Source: Negaprion brevirostris (lineage: Eukaryota). Taken from it: a stretch of DNA of 64,000 nt. The position numbers were made by a program, and so were the translations under genes. This document shows positions 1 to 12,597 of the stretch, piece by piece; position 1 is the first letter of the stretch; each line of letters starts with the position of its first letter. Where the stretch lies: assembly GCA_030324005.1 (NCBI GenBank), contig JARDVH010000110.1, positions 31,928,740-31,992,739 on the forward strand. Direction: 5' to 3'. The notes under the pieces were generated by a model that made no database searches, was not told the DNA's origin, and saw only the letters and a list, made by a program, of their open reading frames with translations.

Positions 1-2279
1 AGTTGGTTCACCAGCACCTTCTGAAGAGTAATTAAGGATTGGCATTAAATGAACAAGAGAGCAACTTATGATCCAATTCATTGTCGTGAAATAATTCCTG
101 ATGGCATCTTCTTTTCTCTGCCACTTGCCAAATCAGTAAGGCTATTACTTTTTGTACCTTTCCATGTTTTCTCACTGTGAAAGCCAACTTGCTGTTCTAT
201 AGAGCATACATCTCATTGGTAGTGTTAGGTGCAGCTAAAGCATACTTGCTTCTAGGAATTGGTAATTAAATTTAAGATAAACTTGCTGTTCATGAATTTA
301 TGTCAGTTTATGTTAGAAAAAAGGTTCAGAATGATTTCCCTTTATCTGCTAGAACAAATAAGTCAAGTTGAAACTTTGATGGTGTGCAGGGTTGTGTATG
401 TGTCTTACTTCAAAACATTTTAGTTTGTGTTTGAACTGTTAAGCAGTTAATATCCCCCCATTCAACCCTGTAGATGTTGTAGATGAAGAACTCTACTTTT
501 ACAAAAACACAGTCATTCCAATTGATTGTTGGAGCAAGCAATACGGAGTGTGTACTAGCACAAACTCCAAAGGTATTTATTGTGATACCTTGACAAAAGA
601 TCAAATATTAACGATTCTGGTTGAATTTTTTGGCAGCAACTTGTCATGATGCCTGTGACAGTATGTTTCAAACCTGCGCCACTTAGAAGGACAAGGGCAG
701 CAGGTGCGTGGGAACCTGAAGATGCTGCGAAGTGAAATTAAATCACCAAAGTTGCGTTTTTAGAGATGTGATTTCATAACTGACCTGAAATTTCTTTGAT
801 CTACTATTTATTTGACTGTATTTTCAGCAGAAGCGACGCCAAGATCAAAACAATGTCGTCCAGATACAGTAAAAAGTTTGATCTTCTTTCTGGCTGGTAT
901 TTGTGGAACAAGTATCTCCAAATTAAATAGATTGCCTTTCATGTTGTTTATGAAAGCTTGAATGTCATAACCCAAACAGAGTCTTGAGTAACTCCATTTA
1001 CGGTAAGAATTCTCTCGGGGGTTTGGCCATCTTCCCTGACTTTAATTCTAAAATTAGTACCTCGGTGAAGTTTACAATAATTCAGATTTGACTGCTTACT
1101 AATCTGATAGCCTTCAATGTCTCTGAAATTTATTTCTGAGTGAGCTTATTGAGAACAGTCCTGAGATCTGAAACAGTATGATACAAGTTGTTAGTGTTGA
1201 AATGCCTGAATATTTATTCCTCAAGTTTAATATAGAGTCCACGTCTGAATCTGACAGCTAATGAATTTCATGTACTTACTGTAAAAAAAAATAAACATAA
1301 AACAGCAAAATCAAGGATGGATTAATAATGAATTTCAATTTGCACATTGGTTTGAGGCTATTTGGCTTTTTATAGCAGACAGTCCTTTTAGTTTCAACTT
1401 TAAGTATTGTTAAGATGAATGCTTTATTCATTTTTGTAATGTGTACTATTACTGTAATGTGCACACATTGTAATATGTGCTGGATATCTATTATTCATAA
1501 TAGCATGGGAGCCATGTACAGTTTGCCACTGTTGTTTGATAACATCTACTTTGTAACATGAATCTAAATGTAGCAGGTTGTGCTGTTAAGCTGTGATCAT
1601 GTCCTTCAATTTGATCTGATAAATCCCTAATGCATTGCACAGGCCATTGAGCATTATTACTGGATATAAATAAGTTATTACCTAGTTACAGCCAGTGCTA
1701 CAGTGAGTATCTTTTGACAGGATCGCTGCAGCAGTGAAGAACAATAAATATGATGCATTTTGATTACCCCTCTATGAAGCACTTTAGAATGTTTCTCTAT
1801 ATTAAAAGTGTTATATAAGTTCACATCGCCTCTTTGATGTTACACACATCACAGCACAGCAGATATCTGAATCCGAAGTGAAGAATTGCATGAAGCTAAC
1901 TTGACCTAAGCACAAGTAAATTCATTTTTCATTTCTATACGTTTCAGGTTATTTTTAAATTGTACTGACTTCCCAAGCATTCTGCTAATTAGACAGCTAA
2001 ATTACAATTCTTTCATACAGCTCTTGGTGCAGCTAATTTTATCATTAAGTAAGCATAGACATATTGGTGGCCTCAGCAAGAATAAGATATTTTTGAAAAT
2101 TGTTGTGTTGTTTTGAGCTGTATACTTTTGGTTGAGATGTGTAAACTGTGGCCCTTGTGCTTTCAAAGGTAGATGTAAAAGATCTATTCAAGAGACGAGC
2201 AGTGAGTTGTCACAAACATTTCTTTCTCAACCAAGGTCGAAAACAAATGACCTGGCAATTTTTAAACTGCTGTTTGAAG

Positions 2280-2395
2280 GATTGGCTGGCATATTTCATA
2301 TATTACAACAGTGAATGCACTTCCTCGGCCTTAAGGACCTTTGAATGCCCTGAAATTTGGAAAAGTGCTATGTAAATTAAGTTTTCTCTTTCTTT
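2280..2395 (+). mobile_element. DeuSINE (SacSINE1-like) 3' fragment
   Basis: ATTACAACAGTGA...GCTATGTAAAT tail shared with the copies at 16895, 30190 and 52330. Confidence 0.5.
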
Positions 2396-2499
2396 ACCTG
2401 TGAACAAGGAATGTAATGTTACCAGTTGAATGAAAAAGAAAGCAATAAGACAGCCCATTATTTCTTGTAAATGTGTGTTGATTTCTGTATCAAGTGATA

Positions 2500-2765
2500 T
2501 ATTTCAGGTGATTGCAGAGCCAGGATATATGAAGCTATCAACCATCTCAAGCGTTGTGTTGTCAATACTGATAGGTGGTGGTATTGCAACATCCTGGACC
2601 GTGACATTTATGTTCCTGATGGCTACAGGCGTGCGACAGTCTGCCCTTTGCTTCTGCAGTTGTTGCACTGTATGGAATGTTAGTGCAGCATCTTTAGTTT
2701 AGAGCAACTCTGAGGAGTTGACCCACCTTTGTCTTGGATCTTAAGCAAACAAGGCTGACCAGTTT
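2500..2765 (-). mobile_element. decayed RTE-clade LINE, RT fragment
   Basis: Minus strand gives ELL*TKDAALTFHTVQQLQ...QDVAIPPPISIDNTTLEMVDSFIYPGSAIT, resembling the RTE RT region 'LYADDAAL...LEVVDSFxYLGS'. Confidence 0.8.
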
Positions 2766-2994
2766 TTTGTCATTTTTAGTGTTCAAAAACTTCAAGTTTC
2801 AGTGAATGAAAAATGTGTTAAAGTGACTAGGTTAATCAGTATGCTGCAGTATGAAATCTATGAAATGAATATATATTTTCAATGAGAATTCATGCAAGTA
2901 GACAGCTTGTGTTGATGACCTCAAGAATATGAAAGCAGCTAAGAGAAGAATACGCCAAAGTGTGTCTGTGTCAGTGCCAGAACACAACCCTGTT

Positions 2995-3370
2995 TGAGCC
3001 TACTGTGGTTCTCAAAGGATCCCTATATTCCCCCGTCATAGCTGCCTTACTTATCAAGTTGCTATGGAAAGAGGTGCGTTCAGCCAGAATCTACATCTGA
3101 CGAGGGCTTCGTTGGCAAATGCTTTTCCCACAGTGCTCAGAGATGCTCCGATTGTTTTTGCAATTGCTGAGGTTGCCTTTGATCTTGTACAGGTTCTTTG
3201 CATCATGTGTATCGTGGGATATTGCCCTCTCCCTCCAGCAGAGCCAGAGATGTTTGTGCAGATGCTGCAGAGTGCCAATTTCCTGTCCACGATGAGTTCT
3301 AGTGGTAAAATATCAAAGCTATTGACTCACTAGTCTTGGGCAAAGTTCCTCCACTGTGAGTTTGATATAC
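2995..3370 (-). mobile_element. decayed RTE-clade LINE, N-terminal RT fragment
   Basis: Frameshifted HLHKHLWLCWRE...DAKNLYKIKGNLSNCKNNRSIS / LSTVGKAFA resembles the RTE motif 'LYKNKGDRSDCNNYRGISLLSTVGK'. Collinear with 2500-2765. Confidence 0.8.
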
Positions 3371-5334
3371 AGCTCTGCCACAATCTGCTGAAATTATGAC
3401 ATTTCAATTAGCTTTGATAGCCCCAGGCCTAAAAGAAACAGAAATTAATCTAAAGAAAACCAAACTAATTCTGATATTGTACCAGTGATCTCGACTCGAG
3501 TGTTTGGGTGTTAGTTGAGCTCAAATGTTGTAGACAAATGGTTTAGTGATATTCCCTGTTTAATCCAATATGAGTAAATGACCATGAATGAAATATTGGA
3601 GCACTCTGCATGCTATATCACATAGGAGAGGAAGAAATAATTCAGGAAAGAAAACAGAAAATTTACCTTTTTTTATTCTTGTTCAATAGAGAATTCATTC
3701 TGTTCCCTTTAAAAAGTGACTGTCTAAACTCAACTCTGCATCTCTGAAATGATTGAATGAAATTTGAATAGGTTGCTGCCAAGGTAGAGAACAGTTGAAA
3801 TGACATGAGGATTGCTGTCATTGAACTGTCTATTCACTATATTTGCTAGGGTTAGACTAATGGCCCCAACCTTCCTACACTGATGTGTTGTGAGCTACTT
3901 GCTTTCCTCCCGCATTCTTTAAGTTTTTTTTAAAATTGTGTTCAAACCCCAAACCTTCACTTCCTGACAATTTTTCACCTTGCACAGGAAGAATTTGATC
4001 AACAAAACATGAAATGTATGATATGTAAAGGGTGCCCAACATTCATTTTATTTAAAATAAGAATATATCATTGTGGACACTAAAATTTTTTTTGTTGGAG
4101 ATTAAAGATTACTTTAATAGAAAATACTTGTAATGGAAAAGTATCTTACATATTATTATTGCTTAAAAGAAAAGGGCCTACTCTGTATCCATGTATAAAT
4201 GTCAGTGTATGCAGAGCAATTCCTAATTTCATTTTTAAAATATATTTGTTTGGGATTATTATAAGGGTTGTTTGTGCTGTCCAATGTTCTAGAACTCCAG
4301 TTTTTTGAGTGAGAAATAGATTCAGTTGACTGGGCTAATCATTATATTGCCAGATCAAAAATTACAGCATGGAATTAATAATATTACTGTATATTTACAT
4401 GAGAATTCATAGCTGATAATATTGAGTGAATTAAATCCTTGGCTTTATCATTACAGTATGTCAGTGAATATCTATTTATACAATACAGTTCATTATTAAT
4501 CAACCTCCTGCTACATTGCCCCCAGTAAGTCAAAGAACACAGTCTGTCACTCGTTTGTAGTTTAGTATTTTGCTGGCTTGTATCCATTTTGATGTTGCCG
4601 TATTGTTACTTTTATGATTGCTGCCTTGCAATCTTGAAAATGCTTATACATCAGTGGTAAGGAATAGATTAAAGGAAAGCAAATAAATAAAGAGCATAAC
4701 ATTAAATTTATTGTTCAAAAGTATGGAAATTTGTTTGAGGCTGAACAGGAACAAAAATAATTTTATATTGTTGAGGAGAAACAGTTAGTAGGGTTCTGGA
4801 GGTCTGAGGTTGATGTGGGTGCTACGACTGGACAGTGGAAATTGCCAGGCATGGGGGACAATTTTCAGAAACCCTCATGCATTGAAAAAGTGTTTAAACA
4901 AATTATACGTGGGCGAGAAAAGTTTAAATTTATCTGCATATAGTAGGGATAGGGAGAAAGAAATGCTGTTGGGTTTGTCACATTCATTGTGGGGGAGGGG
5001 TTGTGCTGTTGGTTGCTCTGAGTTAGCTGCAGGTAACTGGACATTCTCAAGCTCTATCTTGAGAGAAAGTGGAAAGTAGCTTCTAACTTGTCGTGGAAAA
5101 TTTTATAGATAGCCTTTCAAAGTGGTTTGAGGTGTTTCCCAGAAATCAAACAAAATCGAGCAAAACTATAGACATTTTGCGTGGTTTGCTCCTAATGGGT
5201 TCCCAGAGGGAATTGTGTCTGGCAACAAAGCTCAGTTTTGCTCAAGAGTTTTCAAATATCCTGTGAATGAACAGGGATAGAACACGCTAGAGTTGTACCT
5301 TATCATCCTGCTTCTGATGGAGCAACAGTGCACA

Positions 5335-5840
5335 CTGTATAAATTGTTAATTTGATTTATTATTGTTACATGTATTAACATACAGTGAAAAGTATTGTTT
5401 CTTGCATGCTTTACAGATAAAGCATTCTGCTCATAGAGAAGGAAATGAGAGAGTGCAGAATGNNNNNNNNNNNNNNNNNNNNNNNNNNNNNNNNNNNNNN
5501 NNNNNNNNNNNNNNNNNNNNNNNNNNNNNNNNNNNNNNNNNNNNNNNNNNNNNNNNNNNNNNNNNNNNNNNNNNNNNNNNNNNNNNNNNNNNNNNNNNNN
5601 NNNNNNNNNNNNNNNNNNNNNNNNNNNNNNNNNNNNNNNNNNNNNNNNNNNNNNNNNNNNNNNNNNNNNNNNNNNNNNNNNNNNNNNNNNNNNNNNNNNN
5701 NNNNGGAGGCTGGTTTGCATGATGGATTGGGCTACATTCATGACCTTTTGTAGTTCCTTGTGGTCTTGGGCAGAGCAGGAGGCATACCAAGCTGTGATAC
5801 AACCAGAAAGAATGCTTTCTATGGTGGATCTGTAAAAGTA
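5335..5840 (-). mobile_element. Rex1/Babar LINE 3' end, spanning an N gap
   Basis: Minus-strand FYRSTIESILSGCITAWYASCSAQDHKELQKVMNVAQSIMQTSL is typical of the Rex1 C-terminus. It ends in an AAT-rich tail. Confidence 0.8.
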
Positions 5841-7198
5841 AGCATGCTGTTGTTAATCAAATGCTATATACAAATTGAAAGAAACATCAGTTGTCATTGA
5901 ATGTGTCCTTTTGAAAAAATCTCTGCTTTTCTTTCCTAACATAGTTGAGACTATGTGAGGAAAAGTGAGCTTGCCTCTCATTGGAGTTCTCATGTATTGT
6001 ACATCATGAATTTTCAACTTTCAACAATTATTCTGATTTATTCAAACCTTGTCTGAGTACACATTGATGACTTCTCTCTAATTCTCTGTGCTGTTGCCTT
6101 GGGCTAAAATGGAATCAAAATAAGACAAGGGACAAGTCACTGGCTGGAAGTTGTTCCTTTACTGAAACACTGACTCAGTTGTTAAACAGCACTTTTCTCA
6201 TCAGTGATGAGTTGGCTGATCTCAGCCGTGGTGATGCTCAGGGAAAATGAGCCATGGCTTATTCAGATGCTGACTGTAAAACTTGAGTTTCGACAGCAGA
6301 TGAAAGCTAAATCAGGTTTTGCTGTGATACTCCCCATGGAAAGAATAGTTTGCTGCTGCTTTTTAACCTTCCACAAGAAAAAAGTGGCTGCTTGTTTGAA
6401 AGACATGGGGGCATGTGACACCCATTGTGTTTTACCCCAAGTTAAAGCAGAAGCTTCAGTGGAAAAAAAACAAACACTTCAGAATAAATTCAGTTTTGAT
6501 ATAATTGTTCTCTCCAGAAGAGGGTGCTATATCCTCTTAAAAAATATAAGGACCGCACAGCTCCAAATATATTTTTAACAAACGTTCCCTTGTGCAGAAA
6601 GCTCTTTTTTTGTGATGTGCTTTTCTACAAAAGTCCATTCTTTATCTCAATTTTAATAAAAGGTTAGCACCTGTTGCTGGGAAGCTGGAAAGATGACTTG
6701 GAGAGATTTGTTGGAATGGTAGTGGTGTTCTCTTTATCGAGCAACGTGGCTGCAGAGAGAGACATGCATCTGCTGTGTGGATGTGGAGTTCTGACAACAC
6801 ATAGCAAGGAAATGCAGAGCAACCGCGACAGTAGGGGTTTGTGGACTCTGATTGAAGAGTTCTCCCTTGAAGCCTGCTTTTTGAATTGTACTTACTCCTT
6901 ATTAAAATGGTTTGACTGGAAATAGTTATCAGAAATAAAGCATTGACTACCAAATGTAAGGTTGAGAGTCTACTTCCACCTATTTCCCTGGCTCTGCCTA
7001 GATGTCTTTAAAAGTATGAGTCCTCACTTCAGACATTGATTTGTTCAAGCAAAATGTTTGTCCTCCCACAAGATCTCTCCATATCATACCAATAGCTTTT
7101 TTTACTCATTCATGGGACATGGGTGTCGCTGGCAGCATTTATTGCCCATCCCTAGTTGCCCTTGAGAAAGTAGTGATGAGCTACACTCTTGAAACACT

Positions 7199-7532
7199 GA
7201 ATCATAGAATCCTACAGTGCAGAAAGAGGCCCTTCGGCCCATCAAGTCTGCACTGAATACAATCCCACCCAGGCCCTATCTCCATATATTGTATCCACTA
7301 ATCCCTTTAACCTACACATCCCTGGACACTAAGGGGCAATTTCTTAGCGTGGCCAATCAACCTAACTCATGCCTTTGGACTGTGGGAGGAAACTGGAGCA
7401 CCCGGAGGAAACCCACACAGACATGAGGAGAACATGCAAACTCCACACAGACTGTGACCCAAGTGGGGAATTGAACCCAGGACCCTGGAGCTGTGAAGCA
7501 GCAGTGCTAACCACTGTGCTACCGTGCCGCCC
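7199..7532 (-). mobile_element. HE1-like V-SINE, full length, GATTCTAT-type tail
   Basis: tRNA-like head GGGCGGCACGGTAGCACAGTGGTTAGCACTGCTG, box B GGTTCAATTCC, V-domain and GATTCTATGATT tail. Confidence 0.9.
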
Positions 7533-7606
7533 ATGTGCTATGGGTTGACCCACAATGCCATTAAGGAGGGAATTCCAGGATCTTGACCCAGCAACTATGA
7601 AGGAAT

Positions 7607-7885
7607 GGCAGAGTGGTTAGCACTGCTGCCTCAGTGCCAGGGACCCGAGTTCGATTCCTGGCTTGTGTGGAGTCTGCACTTTCCCCTCGTGTCTGCAAAG
7701 GTTTCCTCTGGGTGCTCTAGTTTCCTCCCACAGCCTGAAAGATGTGCTGGTTAGGTGCTTTGGCCATGCTTAATTCTCCCTCGGTGTACCTGAACAGGCA
7801 CTGGTGTGTGATGACTAGGGAATTTTCACAGTAACTCCATTGCAGTGTTAATGTACGCCTACTTGTGATATAAATAAATAATTTT
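7607..7885 (+). mobile_element. V-SINE with alternative tail
   Basis: Same head and V-domain, with tail TTTTCACAGTAACT...CCTACTTGTGA...TAAATAAA. Confidence 0.85.
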
Positions 7886-8805
7886 AATTTTTAAAACTAT
7901 ACTTTAATGTCAGGTTGGTGAGTGGCTTGGAGGCGAACTTGCTGGTCACAGTGTTCCCATTTATATGCTTTTACTAATGTGGCACTAAAAGAAACATCCC
8001 TTTTACTGACAGTGCAGGAAGAATTTCATCTGTAAAGCAACCTAAGTAAAAGATTATCACATTTTATATACAGGAGGACATGGCAAAATAACTACTGACT
8101 TAAATATGTGGTTTTTGCCATTAATCGCCTGTGCTACAATTCACTTGACACAAAATGGACATATGTTGCTAGAGAGCAAGACAAGAAAGGCACACTGCTC
8201 AAAATTGGACTGTGTATGAACTGAAAAGAAAATATTTCAACTTTTCAGTACTCTTTTGGAGGTTGTGGATAGCAATTAAACTGATTTGACCATCACCTTG
8301 TCAAACTGACCATTCTTCATCTGCAAACCTAAACAACAATCCTCAACAGGCTGTTTGACTATGGAGAATCATATTGTGGGAACTGCGGGATAATGAGCAG
8401 ACTTGGCAGCATTGGCTGATCTTTTTTTCCCGCCTTCGTCAATGCCCAGAGGAGACAGGTCCAATTTTAATCATCCCTACCACCCAAAGTAGTAACGTTC
8501 AACATGGGCTGAAAGTGCTAAATTGAGAATGAAATCTTATTTTTCCCACTAGTGGGAAAAGCTGAGGAACAATTACATCATCGCTTTATAAAAATTAAGA
8601 TTTTTTTAAAATCCCTTGAAGTACCTAATATTTTCCCAGCAGTTCAGAGTCTAGCTCTGAAACAGATGTTCTACCACAAACTGTCCCTAATGTTTTTCAG
8701 GATCTGGGTATGCACAAATAAACCTCCAATGAAGTAACAGTACCCTTATAATTCGCTAATGTTGGACAATTTAAGCTTATCAGATTTTTTTTAAGTTTTA
8801 GCATT

Positions 8806-9100
8806 TAAAGTTTATTTATTAGTGTCACAAGTAGACTTGAATTAACACTGCAATGAAGTTACTGTGAAAATCCCCTAGTCACCACACTCTGGTGCCTGTT
8901 CTGGTGCACTGAGGGAGAATTTAGCCTGGCCATTGCACCTAACCAGCACCTCTTTCTGACTGTGGGAGGAAACGAGCACCTGGAGGAAACTCTCACAGAC
9001 ACAGGAAGAACATGCAGACTCTGCACAGGCAGTGACCCAAGCTGGGAGTCGAACCTGGGTCCCTAGTGCTGTGTCTGCAGTGCTAAACACTGCCACGGTG
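8806..9100 (-). mobile_element. V-SINE with alternative tail
   Basis: Reverse complement of the 7607-7885 family. Confidence 0.85.
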
Positions 9101-9479
9101 TGTGACTATCAGATTTTTAAAAATATTTTGAAATTAGACCATGGGACATTAGCCTGTAATTTCTGTAAAACCTACACAACCTTTTGATAAAGTTCAAATT
9201 GTACTTCCGGACATGCATCCTTCCTTCTCTCTGTTCCTTACTCACTGCCTCCCGACCCTTTCCCTTCTCCTCCCATGTTGTATGAAAATAAATAGATCTG
9301 ATTATTTAAACAATAAAAATCAAGAAACAATGAAGGTTTAAAGAGATTTAAAGTTCCAAGCTCTAAATCTCTTGGATTTAGAGATCTATTGTTCACTAAA
9401 ATGCAGTAGTCATGGACAAAAAAAACGCCTAAAATAATGTATGAGTAAAGTGCTAGAGTATGAAGGAAAGGAAATTTTA

Positions 9480-10075
9480 CTACAACTACACTAATTCCTG
9501 GTTTGAACACATCTAGAAAACTGTGAGCAGTTCTGGCACTGCATTTTGAGAAAGATATATTGACACAGGAAGGGAGAACAGTTCAGGTTTACCAGAATAT
9601 TCCAAGAATTAAATTATGAGATGGGATTATATCAACTAAGCTTCAATTACTTGGAATGTAAAAAGTTAATGGGTGAGTTGATTATAGTTTTTAGGATTTT
9701 GAAATGCTAGCATTGATTGCCCATCCCTAGTTGCCCCTGAACAGAGTGGCTTGCTAGGCCATTTTAAAGATGAAATATTTCCAATGTTGGGGGGGTCTGG
9801 GACTATCAAACATAACTGTAAAATCAGAGCAAGACCATTTAGGAGAAGTTGGGAAGCACTTCAGCTAAAAATGGTGGAAGTGCAGAGCCCTTTTTCACAA
9901 AAAGCAATTGTCGATACATACATTAATTATCTAAGGTTGATAGATTTATGCTAGCCAAAGATATAAAATAATATGGATCAAGGCAATGGATTGTGATAAG
10001 GTACAAGTCAGCCATGATTTCTTTGAATGTGGGCTTGAGGAGTTGAATGACAGGCTGCTGTTCATATTTTCCAAT
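9480..10075 (+). mobile_element. decayed CR1-type LINE 3' end
   Basis: Degenerate ORF2 C-terminal region and 3' UTR similar to 53000-53430 and 59770-60070. Confidence 0.6.
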
Positions 10076-11636
10076 GTGAGTGAGTGAATGAATTAACATT
10101 AGAGCTGCGTGAGAGTATGTGTACTGGGTGTAAAATGAGATGAATCTGTTAATTTTTTAAAAGTTTGCAGTGACTTCTCAGTCGCAACATTTATACTAAA
10201 TTATGATAAAACTGTTTTCAATTAGTTTCAATGACGCTGAATTATGTAATGTATTTTGTTTTTGTACATTTCACTAATTGTGTTATATGTTTATCTTTTT
10301 TTTACAATCAACTTTGTAGATGTTTCATGAAAGAAAAAGCTGTCTGTTTTGGATGTACTTGTATGTCTGTTGTCAGGGGATTTAACGTCTTAATGCATCT
10401 TTTCTATTGTGGGTTCAATAGACAGCTAGAGTGGCCTTATTGTGCATTGTAAGTGTCACTATCTGCTCAAATGGAAACAAACACAAACCTTTTGGCTACT
10501 TTGTACAGGCCAGCCAAATCAGCATAAAGATTGAGAAATTTCAGGGTCCAACTTCTCTCCCCTCAGTCTTTCCTCTGTCTTCCATTGATTGTCTCCTTTG
10601 TCCATCCCCGTGCCCCTCTGTTTACCATCGTGGGGCTTTGCGACTTTAGGTCATTGGGTTTCTGACTCTTTGGCTCCTGTTAGATTCTCTGCTCTTGCCC
10701 GCCACCAAACCTGCTGCAGGTGGGAGGGGAGAATTCTACCCTAGGTTACACACGGCCCCCCCCCCGCCCCACTCCCAACTTGTAAAACAAAATCATATTT
10801 TAAATTAAATCATCTTTAAACAATAAACAAATATATTCTTAAGAATTCAGCTTGTCAGTTTTCTCTAAGAGATAGACTTTGCGATACAAAGGTCTCTGAT
10901 GACAATGCTGAGATTTGAAGTTTTAATTCTGTGTGACAACTCTGGTGTGAAAACCTGTGAGATATTCAACCTCAGAGTTGTCCTGTTAAAGATAATCTAA
11001 CCGGCTGTAGGTGCACAGGAAAGAATACGAGATCTTGGTGTAGCTAAAAATGTAGTCAGCTTGGTGATCAGTGCAGAGAGTGAACTTTCTGCTATTGAGA
11101 TATATGTGCTGATAGCATAGATATAGGCTAGCTCTGTTTTCCAGTAGAACATTTTTGCACTCAATTTTCTACAGCTGATAAGATGCATATGCCTGGAGTA
11201 CTGCTCGGACTGCAGTGGAGTGTGACAGTTGGAGTTTGGTGACCAAGGGAATTTAAGGGTTAATTTCTATCTGAATACTCTCCTTTCTTTAATTTAGCAA
11301 TTAACTAAAAGTTACTCTTTGGGTTGGAAGAAGATGTCTTTTAGTTTTAGCTTTAAAACAAGCCGATACAAACTCCTCTTGTAGCTGCAATTAGCTGATA
11401 AGATAGGTTTCCAGTGGCTATTTTCCCTTGAGTATAAAAATAGGTATTCTTAAAGCGCAGCCTTGTCAGCACTGGATTGCTGCTTGGACTGCAGTGAAGT
11501 GTGACAGTGGAGTTTGATGACAGAGTGAGTTTGGTGAGGGAGGGAGTTAGATGACCCTTTTCTTTTCAACTGTTCCTCAGAAAGAGGTGCGGCAGGTTGA
11601 TAAGTAGGACTTGGTGAGTATTTATACTGTCCTTAA

Positions 11637-12597
11637 TGTACCTGGGTTTTCTCTCAGATGCTGAACGGGTAAATACAAAGACTCGCAAAAGACAATATGC
11701 TGGTTAAAGGTTTTTTATTGACCAACATGCGCTAGGAGAAAGGAAGCCGGACATGCCAACTCCTTTCTGAAGTTTACAATGCAATGGCAAAACAGTTATA
11801 CATCATCAAAGTCATTTCTCCAGCCTCCCCTAAGTGGATGCTCCAATCTCATTAGTACACATTCATCTTGGCCAATTGCATTCTATCTCCCAGCAGAATT
11901 AGGAATTCATTGGTCTATCGAACTCAGAAGTTCTTACTCTGTTACTAAGCGAACATCACTTAAGTAAATAAAAGCAAATTACTGCGGATGCTGGAATCTG
12001 AAACCAAAAGAGAAAACATTGGAAAATCTCAGCAGGTCTGGCAGTATCTGTAAGGAGAGAAAAGAGCTGGTGTTTCGAATCAAGACGATCCTTTGTCAAA
12101 GCTAAAAGGCATAGAAAGTATACAGTAAGGTGAGGGAATGAAAGATGAGCCATAGCTATAGAAACCAGGGGAAAAGACTGCTAATTGCTGTTCACAGAAT
12201 GAATAAAATGTGCGAATGGCCAAACGGCAGAGAAGTTGTAAGCTGTGATAGATCACTTCCGTAAATCCATAAGGTTCAAAGGCTGATTTCTCACCGTGAG
12301 CCATAAAGTTAGAAAGGTGACTTTCTCACTCCCTCGTTCTACCTTATTATCGGTAGAAATTGAATACTTTATTTACTTTGTGAATACTTCTATTCATTTT
12401 CTAAAATAGAAGAATTTGCACTCTCCATGACTTTCTTCTGATAACATACCTCTTTTCTTATTGTTACCATAGAATATGGCCTGTCCAGTTTAACTCTCTT
12501 CCCATTATGCTCCAGGGCAGTTTGCATTTTGCCAAGGTGCACCATACATTCAAAAATATTTGTTTAAATCCAAAATACATGTTCAATTTCTATAACA
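11637..12597 (-). mobile_element. possible solo LTR inserted in the CR1 5' region
   Basis: TG...CA ends; on the minus strand a TATA-like motif (~11800) followed by AATAAA (11719->11714). No clean target-site duplication found. Confidence 0.35.
11962..12251 (-). mobile_element. Penelope-like element 3' fragment
   Basis: GCGGATGCTGGAATCTGAAA...CTCAGCAGGTCTGGCAG family with a degenerate hammerhead core, flanked by direct repeats ATCACTT (11955-11961 and 12252-12258). Confidence 0.65.

Larger units (their letters stand above)
7096..7970 (-). mobile_element. CR1-like LINE 3' end interrupted by two SINEs
   Basis: Pieces 7096-7198, 7533-7606 and 7900-7970 align collinearly with the copy at 63500-64000 (AGCATTTATTGCCCATC...GCCCTTGAGAA). 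Confidence 0.7.

Noticed and set aside
828-2683. Apparent two-exon plus-strand CDS (828-896 and 2508-2683, phase-compatible: ...LIFFLAGDCRARIYEAINHLKRC...)
   Set aside because: The second 'exon' is the antisense of a decayed RTE reverse transcriptase. Without it the 69-nt first exon has no support, and the peptide resembles no protein I recognise.
3054-3333. Overlapping ORFs on both strands
   Set aside because: Explained by the frameshifted RTE LINE fragment on the minus strand.
7490-7660. tRNA-like box A/box B sequences, here and in other SINE heads
   Set aside because: They are SINE heads continuing into the V-domain, with no complete cloverleaf.
10323-10360. Small plus-strand exon-like segments (here, ~3988-4015 and ~20831-20866)
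   Set aside because: They have splice motifs but give no coherent or recognisable protein. They do not match the CSNK1A1 C-terminus as I recall it.
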